A DNA stretch of 28,550 nucleotides from a virus. Its lineage: Duplodnaviria; Caudoviricetes. Shown one piece after another: positions 8,107 through 14,496 of this stretch (position 1 is the first letter of the stretch; each line of letters starts with the position of its first letter). Position numbers and translations under genes: made by a program. The DNA is taken from IMG/VR virus record IMGVR_UViG_3300005611_000155, positions 1-28,550 of that record. One strand, given 5' to 3'. Below the pieces are notes generated by a model. That model searched no databases and was not told where the DNA came from. It saw nothing but the letters and a program-made list of their open reading frames with translations.

Positions 8107-8620
8107 CACCATGCTCCTGCTCTTGGTTGTTAAACGCATCCATCATTGCTGTGATTATAATACCGTATGCGACAGACTTTATAAAACTGTCTAAACGAAC
8201 GTATTTTTCGCCTGCTGTCGCCCACCGCTCTGCCAAAAAAAACAGGTCGCTGTTATAGGTTCTAACTATCTCGACAAGTGACCAAGGTTTATCCGGATCT
8301 AAAACGTACTCATTACGTTCTGCACACTTGTGAGCGTAACTTTTGAAGTCTGGATGTTCCATTATATAACCATCCCCCAAAAAGGTTTCTGCAAACTCTG
8401 CACATTGCGAGTACATATCAAAAAAACGGAAAGTAATTGTTTGCTCGTTATCAGCATCATAAACAACAACGCGATATTTAAAACTATCGTTTTCATCCGT
8501 AACAAAAATTCGCGCTTCAAGACCCTCATTATTATTGTCATAATACGTTGTGATATGATTTACGTTAAATTCAGACACCAAGGTTTTAATATATTTATTG
8601 AAATCATTGATATTTTTCAT
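8078..8620 (-). CDS. Hypothetical protein, AT-rich
   Basis: Long ORF; start re-called to ATG 8620. Confidence 0.6.
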   Translation of the reverse strand: MKNINDFNKYIKTLVSEFNVNHITTYYDNNNEGLEARIFVTDENDSFKYRVVVYDADNEQTITFRFFDMYSQCAEFAETFLGDGYIMEHPDFKSYAHKCAERNEYVLDPDKPWSLVEIVRTYNSDLFFLAERWATAGEKYVRLDSFIKSVAYGIIITAMMDAFNNQEQEHGDDRVRVRKI

Positions 8621-8624
8621 GTCG

Positions 8625-8822
8625 TTACTCACCCCCTTCTCTTTTCTTTGCATACTCACCGCGACCTAACATATATAAGCCTGCTTCTCTTTTGAATTTT
8701 TCAGCTTGATAAAGCGCTTCACCGGGCGATAAATCTTTGTGAATAAACAGACGCTCTGCAAGATTTATAACGCCAGACTTTTCAAAGTGAGAGGTGAATT
8801 CTTTTTCGTTTATATTACTCAT
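8625..8822 (-). CDS. Hypothetical protein
   Basis: TGATG coupling to the upstream gene, GGGGAG RBS. Confidence 0.55.
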   Translation of the reverse strand: MSNINEKEFTSHFEKSGVINLAERLFIHKDLSPGEALYQAEKFKREAGLYMLGRGEYAKKREGGE

Positions 8823-9286
8823 CACTCACTCCCCAGTGTCGTTAGTTTATCCTGCACCGCAACCAGATCCTGCTCTGACACATCAGAGATTTCATCTAGC
8901 AGACAGGCAAGGTCTTGCTCCAATTCGCCCAGTACCTCTATGTTATTTCGGATCTTAGCGAGCATACGCTCTGCATCATCCTCATCGATGGCGTACCACT
9001 CCCCAGACATAGTGACCCTGTTGAATGAGTGTATGCCATCAGTTCTCAGCGCGTGGCTGAGTATGTGATGCAGTTCTCTTAGTGCCGAGGTTGCGGAGTA
9101 TGTCCGCACCTTCCCAGTTCCTTTGTTGTCCATAGGTTTCTCCTTTAAGTCTTCTCTTCGCCTCACTTCAAACTCAGTTTCGATCAGACGCATACGCAAG
9201 GCTCGCGTCATCTTGATTGAATCGCAGTAAGCCTCGCGGGTAGCACCCGCTCGACCTCTCAGTTCATCCAGATTAAATTCATTCAT
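8822..9286 (-). CDS. Hypothetical protein
   Basis: GGGAG RBS before ATG 9286. Confidence 0.65.
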   Translation of the reverse strand: MNEFNLDELRGRAGATREAYCDSIKMTRALRMRLIETEFEVRRREDLKEKPMDNKGTGKVRTYSATSALRELHHILSHALRTDGIHSFNRVTMSGEWYAIDEDDAERMLAKIRNNIEVLGELEQDLACLLDEISDVSEQDLVAVQDKLTTLGSE

Positions 9287-9297
9287 CGTCAATCTCC

Positions 9298-9365
9298 CTT
9301 TTTGATTTCTGTAAGACTTTTTGATTTCTGTAAGACTTTTTGATTTCTGTAAGACTTTTTGATTT
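9298..9365. repeat. 19-bp tandem repeat CTTTTTGATTTCTGTAAGA, three perfect copies plus an 11-bp partial
   Basis: Units 9298-9316, 9317-9335, 9336-9354, partial 9355-9365. Confidence 0.97.
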
Positions 9366-9383
9366 GTCCGTTATTCTTCATCG

Positions 9384-9908
9384 TCAATCCCCTTCATGGT
9401 ACCAACTCCCATCATCCTGCGCTTTTATGGCTACGGTAAACCAGTCACCAAATTCATATTCAATACGCCTTAACGCCTCGGATCGCTCCGCCTCTGGCAG
9501 TTCAAGTTCCGAACTAACATTATCGCAGTGAAGGTGCCCTTCTTTTAAGTTGTACAGCCCACAAAAATCACAGCCCAATTCGAAATACCAACCTTCAACT
9601 TCACAGCCATTGTCTGCTTCATTGAATGCAATGTACGCCTCGATTGGTGGCGACCAGTTGGTATCAAAATCTCCCTCTATACAAGAGGTGCCATCACCAT
9701 TATCTATAAGACACAGATCGTCTGAATCAAGCTCCCATCCTGTACCCCAGTTTTCTCTTCGCCAGTCGTAATCCTCATTCTCTTTTAAATTGTCTGGCTC
9801 TGGGCGCAGTGCACTGAGAATGCCAACGCTGTTCACGTCTTCCCAGAGCTTGTTTATTTCCTCGGTAGATCCCGAGATTTTAATTCTATTGTAGCAAAAG
9901 TTTGCCAT
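9384..9908 (-). CDS. YubB/DUF1281 ferredoxin-like domain protein
   Basis: MANFCYNRI, YDWRRENWGT.W, FDTNWSPP, YFELGCDFCG motifs. Confidence 0.8.
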   Translation of the reverse strand: MANFCYNRIKISGSTEEINKLWEDVNSVGILSALRPEPDNLKENEDYDWRRENWGTGWELDSDDLCLIDNGDGTSCIEGDFDTNWSPPIEAYIAFNEADNGCEVEGWYFELGCDFCGLYNLKEGHLHCDNVSSELELPEAERSEALRRIEYEFGDWFTVAIKAQDDGSWYHEGD

Positions 9909-9928
9909 GATAGTTCTCCCTTAGTCGC

Positions 9929-10780
9929 TTACGCGGCTTGTTGTTGTTCGTTAGATTGCAATGATTCAATGTACTGCACCGCCTGCTCAGCAAGTGATGC
10001 CGCCTTAAAGATAGCCTTCGGCTCACTCTTTAGACACTTGATCCACCCATTCAGATACTGGGCATGATCTGCTCGAGGCTCGTTGGTGATGCCGAGCAGG
10101 GCGCATTGGAATGCCGCACCCATCTCTGCCACCAGTTCCTCGAACGCATAGTCTGGCGAGCCAAACCGATTGCCCAGATCACGCTTGCATCTAGACTGGT
10201 GACCAGTCCAGTGGGTCAACTCATGGAACAAAGTCGAGTAGTAGTTCTCCGCTTGTGTCGAGTGCTCACTGGCTTTGAATGACTCGAGGTGTGGCACTTG
10301 AATCCAGTCCGCTATAGGCTTGTAGAACGCGCCACCAATGTTGTTGTGCCGTATATCTGCAACAGTGTTAGCCACCCACTGATCAGCGCCTTCGATACGC
10401 TCCGCCTCGGTAAGCTCGATGCCTTCCACTTCGTAGCCATCGACCTGCCCCGCGTTGAACACAGTGAAGGTTCTCATCATCGGGATGGTGGCATCTTCGC
10501 CAGTCTCCCTGTCCTTCACTTGCAGGGGTTTAAAGAACACAACGGTGGTGCCCTCTTCGCCCTTTCGAACTTGCGCCCCGACCGATTGCCATTGCTTGTA
10601 TGTTGCCCATGCCTGCCCAGTGAGACCGAGTAGCATCACGTTGATACCCGAGTATCTGCGACCAGTCACAGCGTTGCGTGGCATACCTGCTCGCCCACCC
10701 TGCATGGGGTTCATCCAACCTGCGCCCACTGTCTGCATCTGGGCAAGGATCTGATCTGTAATTTTTTGATATGCGCTCAT
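9929..10780 (-). CDS. ardC: ArdC-family antirestriction ssDNA-binding protein with zincin-like domain
   Basis: PRNAVTGRRYSGINV, WATYKQW, VRKGE, HELTHWTGH, YAFEELVAE motifs. Confidence 0.93.
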   Translation of the reverse strand: MSAYQKITDQILAQMQTVGAGWMNPMQGGRAGMPRNAVTGRRYSGINVMLLGLTGQAWATYKQWQSVGAQVRKGEEGTTVVFFKPLQVKDRETGEDATIPMMRTFTVFNAGQVDGYEVEGIELTEAERIEGADQWVANTVADIRHNNIGGAFYKPIADWIQVPHLESFKASEHSTQAENYYSTLFHELTHWTGHQSRCKRDLGNRFGSPDYAFEELVAEMGAAFQCALLGITNEPRADHAQYLNGWIKCLKSEPKAIFKAASLAEQAVQYIESLQSNEQQQAA

Positions 10781-11028
10781 TGTGCTTCCCCTCTGTTTAT
10801 CAGCTTCACGAATGAATCGACCAGATCACTCTGATCGTCACTCAGTTCGTCATCGTACTCTGTATATCGCTCAAGGTACTCTCGCCCGTAGTCTGCGTGT
10901 AGTCTGTCTAACTCTACTGAAAGTTGAGCGTGTGCCACCCTGCCATCGTTAAAAGTAATGACGTAGCCATCAAGACCATCACTCCATACCGCGTTGAATT
11001 CATCAAATCCGATATCGCTTTTTCTCAT
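10777..11028 (-). CDS. Hypothetical protein
   Basis: AGGAG RBS; ATGA overlap with ardC. Confidence 0.65.
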   Translation of the reverse strand: MRKSDIGFDEFNAVWSDGLDGYVITFNDGRVAHAQLSVELDRLHADYGREYLERYTEYDDELSDDQSDLVDSFVKLINRGEAQ

Positions 11029-11047
11029 GACCGCTCTCCTATTATTT

Positions 11048-11311
11048 TTAAATTATTTCGATGCGGTCAATAAAGGATTCATCGTCCCATGACCAACCAT
11101 CGTCCTCTGGCTCTGCGCCCTTAACAGCCGGAAACAGCCACACAATCTTATAACGCTCACCGTCCTTGTTTACAGCGTAGCATTCCCACTCCGACCAATA
11201 TTTTTCACCCATTCTGGCATCCCCGAACCAGCCCGGGAAAACCCTATTGGTCGGGAAACACTCGCCATCGATATCTATTTTAAGTTCTTTGAATGTTTTC
11301 ATGTCGCTCAT
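11048..11311 (-). CDS. Hypothetical Trp-rich acidic protein
   Basis: GGAG RBS before ATG 11311, directly downstream of a hammerhead. Confidence 0.7.
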   Translation of the reverse strand: MSDMKTFKELKIDIDGECFPTNRVFPGWFGDARMGEKYWSEWECYAVNKDGERYKIVWLFPAVKGAEPEDDGWSWDDESFIDRIEII

Positions 11312-11329
11312 AATATTCTCCATCGGCTT

Positions 11330-11386
11330 GCCTCGTCAGTGCGGTGGTAGCCAGTCACCCGCAGACCGCCCGAGGGCGGTTTCGGC
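11330..11386 (-). ncRNA. Hammerhead ribozyme, type II topology
   Basis: Minus strand gcc-GAAA-c-cgcc(CUCG)ggcg-GUC-ugcgggug(acuggcuac)caccgca-CUGACGA-ggc; full core and three stems; predicted cut 3' of C11364. Confidence 0.92.
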
Positions 11387-11824
11387 TTAACAGTGTGGCG
11401 CGATCTCGAGATACTCGCGGTTCTCATGGTCGGGGTGCTCTGGGTGGTGCTTAGCATAGAACTCAACGAGCCACAGCGTCTCTTCCCAGTTGTTTGCGTA
11501 GTGACCATCCTTGAGTGGATCATCATTGAGCCAGATAGGTTGCGGGAAGTAGTGGACGTGGTTGTACTCACCGAACTCTCGATAGCTGTCATCTTCCCAT
11601 TCAATGTCATACTTCTTAGCGAGCCGCTTTGCCTTTTGTCGTGCCGCACTCACTGCATTACGCGCCCTGCGCTCCGTCTCTCTTCTTTCGCGAACTGTTG
11701 CATTCGCGATGCTAGTCAGCAGAAATGACTTTCTCTGCTTAAGAGTCGAGAGCACTTCGTACTGCTTCTCGATGTCTGATTTTAGCAATTCCAATTTAAC
11801 CTCAAGTTCATCAATAGTTTTCAT
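11387..11824 (-). CDS. Hypothetical protein with N-terminal coiled coil
   Basis: GGAG RBS before ATG 11824. Confidence 0.7.
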   Translation of the reverse strand: MKTIDELEVKLELLKSDIEKQYEVLSTLKQRKSFLLTSIANATVRERRETERRARNAVSAARQKAKRLAKKYDIEWEDDSYREFGEYNHVHYFPQPIWLNDDPLKDGHYANNWEETLWLVEFYAKHHPEHPDHENREYLEIAPHC

Positions 11825-11846
11825 AGTCTTCTCCATGTAGAGCCGC

Positions 11847-12059
11847 TTACGCGACCTTGTTGATTGTGTATGAGTTGTGCTCTACGCGCTGATATAAGCC
11901 ACTGTAATCACCGTCACGCTGAATTAAGATAGCGTCCGCGCCAGTGTCGGTTTCGCGTATCCATGCGAGGCGTTGCTCGATATCCCAGTCAGCAATGCTA
12001 ACGTTTAACGTTACAGTGCCTAAAACGAAACCCTGTGGTGCCGGTTGTAAGTTTTTCAT
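11847..12059 (-). CDS. Hypothetical protein
   Basis: GAGGG RBS; stop codon lies in a GUAA hairpin loop. Confidence 0.65.
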   Translation of the reverse strand: MKNLQPAPQGFVLGTVTLNVSIADWDIEQRLAWIRETDTGADAILIQRDGDYSGLYQRVEHNSYTINKVA

Positions 12060-12086
12060 TGTGTTTCCCTCTCCGGTAAGAGCCGC

Positions 12087-12365
12087 TTACGCGGCATATT
12101 GTGTGTTTCTTTTAAGGTGCCACTTCTCAATCACTGGCTCGCCACAGTCATCTTCATCGATGACGATATAAGCCACAGTCTTTTTGACGATGGCATATCG
12201 GTACCCTTGGTCACCGCAGATACCTTCGCCACCGACCCACACCTTGTGCGGGAACTGATAGCAGGTGATCGCATCGATATCATCATTGACTGAATACTCG
12301 AACCAGTTGCCGTGATCCTTCTCAACGAAGACCCCAATGGGGTCTTTTGTGTATGTGTAAAACAT
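12087..12365 (-). CDS. Hypothetical protein
   Basis: TAATG coupling, GGGAG RBS. Confidence 0.7.
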   Translation of the reverse strand: MFYTYTKDPIGVFVEKDHGNWFEYSVNDDIDAITCYQFPHKVWVGGEGICGDQGYRYAIVKKTVAYIVIDEDDCGEPVIEKWHLKRNTQYAA

Positions 12366-12622
12366 TATCTCGCTCCCTTCCATTGGTCATCAATGTAGAC
12401 ATCAACTTCATAGCAGTCTGATAGCAGACCGGTGACGATGTCGCGTTCAAAGCTCGGCTCACCTTTAACATCGAGTATCCCTGCGGCAAGCAGTGGGTTG
12501 CTGATAGTCCATCGGATCAATGCTTTCGAGTCTTCGACCGATAGACCGCTCGGGTCATCATTGACCAGTGCAGGCAGGAAGTGCCCAGAGATGCTGATGG
12601 TGTCGTGCAGTTTAATGCTCAT
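12365..12622 (-). CDS. Hypothetical protein (LPALVNDDPSGL motif)
   Basis: GGAG RBS before ATG 12622. Confidence 0.7.
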   Translation of the reverse strand: MSIKLHDTISISGHFLPALVNDDPSGLSVEDSKALIRWTISNPLLAAGILDVKGEPSFERDIVTGLLSDCYEVDVYIDDQWKGAR

Positions 12623-12647
12623 AATCATTCTCCCAGTGTTGAGGGGC

Positions 12648-12866
12648 TTACGCCCCTAGCAGTTCTTCGGTGTAGGTAACAAGGTATCCTGCGTGACCAA
12701 CCAGTGCTCGCAGTACCAGTTCCTCGCGATTGTCATCTGCATAGATCTCATAACTGCCTTCGCCCTTCACGACATCATAGCCGCCTTGTCGTGCTTGCTT
12801 GAGTACATCCTGCAGACTCTTCTTAGGAAAGACTTGTGTGCGTGTTGGCTGAATAACTTTGTTCAT
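12648..12866 (-). CDS. Hypothetical protein, first gene of the early operon
   Basis: GGAG RBS before ATG 12866, directly after a hammerhead. Confidence 0.7.
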   Translation of the reverse strand: MNKVIQPTRTQVFPKKSLQDVLKQARQGGYDVVKGEGSYEIYADDNREELVLRALVGHAGYLVTYTEELLGA

Positions 12867-12877
12867 AATCATTCTCC

Positions 12878-12931
12878 ATAGGTTTCGGGCTTAAGCCCTC
12901 GTCAGTACCACCAAAGCAGTGGCAGACCTAC
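12878..12931 (-). ncRNA. Hammerhead ribozyme, type III topology
   Basis: Minus strand guag-GUC-ugccac(ugcuuug)guggua-CUGACGA-gggc(uuaa)gccc-GAAA-ccuau; full core and three stems; predicted cut 3' of C12925. Confidence 0.93.
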
Positions 12932-13138
12932 TAAGTAAGTCGCACAGTTCCCCCCGTGCTGATATCTCGCATTCGATCAAGTCCGCGATCCCGACTGTAT
13001 ACTGAGCCGTTCAGTTCTCACCCGCCACCGTCCTTCGGTCGAGCGCCTGCAATACAGCGCCTAGCGGTCACCCATCGTGGGCAAGAGTCCAACTGCGTCC
13101 TGCAATCGGGCGGGATCAAGGCTCCCCGTAGCCTGTCC
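12932..13138 (-). ncRNA. Candidate structured leader/ncRNA of unknown family
   Basis: GC-rich, no credible CDS, several stems with G-U pairs valid on the minus strand; lies between promoter and hammerhead. Confidence 0.5.
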
Positions 13139-13143
13139 CTCGC

Positions 13144-13172
13144 ACACTATATAGTTAATAAAGCACAGTCAA
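13144..13172 (-). promoter_or_regulatory. Sigma70-like early promoter TTGACT-N17-TAGTGT
   Basis: -35 at 13172-13167, -10 at 13149-13144, AT-rich upstream sequence. Confidence 0.7.
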
Positions 13173-13252
13173 TACCCTTCAGATAAAAATTCACATTGTC
13201 ACAATTGGATCACTGCATTCATCTATATGCGTAGGAAAACAGCCCAAAACCA

Positions 13253-13268
13253 CTGTACATACATACAG
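13253..13268. promoter_or_regulatory. LexA (SOS) box CTGT-ACATACAT-ACAG
   Basis: Exact CTGT-N8-ACAG with AT-rich alternating spacer in the divergent intergenic region. Confidence 0.7.
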
Positions 13269-13460
13269 CAAAACGCGCAGGTTAAACGATCTCATAGCAA
13301 CCAATACTAAGGCATAGGGTGAGGCTAAAATCGCTCAGAACGCGTTTGAGAGCCTCTGAGAGGTATGTAACCAAATAGCATATAAATGATAACGGTTAGA
13401 CCTAAATGGCATATATCGGTAGCATACCCCTCAACACCGAACACATGATGGAGCAGATCA

Positions 13461-13940
13461 ATGGCAAAAGAACTCACACCAAAGCAGGCACACTTCGCTC
13501 GATGTGTGGCGCAAGGCATGACGCAAGCTGATGCGTATCGCGAGGCATACGATCCGAAGCAGAGCACTGCGGCAACGATTCACACACTAGCGAGCAGGGT
13601 GATGTCGAGGGTCGAGGTAAGGGCAAGGGTAGAGGCGCTAATTAAGGCTAGGGAGCGCGCTGTTGTAGCTTCTGCTCTCTCGGACAGAGACAAAGTTCTA
13701 GGCAAGCTCCGATTGTGGATAGATGGCACAGAGAAAACAGACAGCAATCTTCTTCGTGCCGCAGAGCTTCTTGGCAGGTCGTCTGGTCTGTTTGCGACTG
13801 ACATCAACGTGACCACGAAAGAGCGCGATTCGAGTGCAGTCGCGGCTGAGATCGAGCAAAGGTTAGCGGCTCTGCTAGGGAGCACTGCTGATGCCTCTGA
13901 CGCAATGGGCGATGCCGATGCAGGTGGCTCGATCCACTAG
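13461..13940 (+). CDS. terS: Terminase small subunit
   Basis: LTPKQAHFA...TQADAYREAY HTH start, AAELLGR motif, GGAG RBS, upstream of terL. Confidence 0.85.
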   Translation: MAKELTPKQAHFARCVAQGMTQADAYREAYDPKQSTAATIHTLASRVMSRVEVRARVEALIKARERAVVASALSDRDKVLGKLRLWIDGTEKTDSNLLRAAELLGRSSGLFATDINVTTKERDSSAVAAEIEQRLAALLGSTADASDAMGDADAGGSIH

Positions 13941-14101
13941 CGCCTGTGCCCACATCTGGGGGTGTACCACCCGTCCGGTCGTGTACCCCACCCCCCCTGA
14001 TCGTGCCACCCGCGTACATATCCATATACATAGTGAAATGCTCAAATAATTACCCTACTTTCAATAATTGCCCACTATCACCTATCAGTCATTCCCCTTT
14101 T

Positions 14102-14472
14102 ATTTCTAGGAATAGGCCTAGGAATCCTAGTGCCCCATATAATTTTCTAAAAATTTCGACTTTTTTTGGTAATTTTCCGCAGTGTAATTCTCTAGGGTCA
14201 CCCCTTTTTTTCTAGGAAAGTGCCAAGGAATCATAGGCTTACAAAAAATTTTAAAAAAAATTCCTGTAAGGTATTGACAATTAGTCAAGAGGCAAATAAA
14301 GTTATAATCATGCCTGTATCTATATCTAGGAATATTCCTAGTCTAGGCTTGCCTAGATAAGTGTATTCCTATACCCCCCTTTAAGGGGGGGGTAGGATGG
14401 CATAAAGTAACTGGTAGTCTTCCTAGTTACTAGAAGGATTCCTAGTTACTAGGAATATTCCTAGTACCTAGG
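14102..14472. repeat. Second CTAG-rich palindrome cluster
   Basis: Perfect CTAGGAATATTCCTAG at 14326-14341 and ACTAGGAATATTCCTAGT at 14448-14465, many half-sites, and a C-run/G-run hairpin near 14368-14396. Confidence 0.8.
14274..14302 (+). promoter_or_regulatory. Sigma70-like promoter TTGACA-N17-TAAAGT upstream of terL
   Basis: Consensus -35, 17-bp spacer, A/T tracts upstream; -35 overlaps inverted repeat TTGAC-N5-GTCAA. Confidence 0.6.
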
Positions 14473-14496
14473 ATAGGCAGATTAAAAGGTACCCCT

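Noticed and set aside
9298-9365. Possible CRISPR array
   Set aside because: Repeats are contiguous with no spacers
12956-13186. 76-aa plus-strand ORF over the early leader
   Set aside because: No RBS, Pro/Arg/Ser-rich, runs against the promoter; better explained as structured RNA on the minus strand
13946-14215. 89-aa ORF between terS and terL
   Set aside because: Low-complexity translation of homopolymer runs, no RBS
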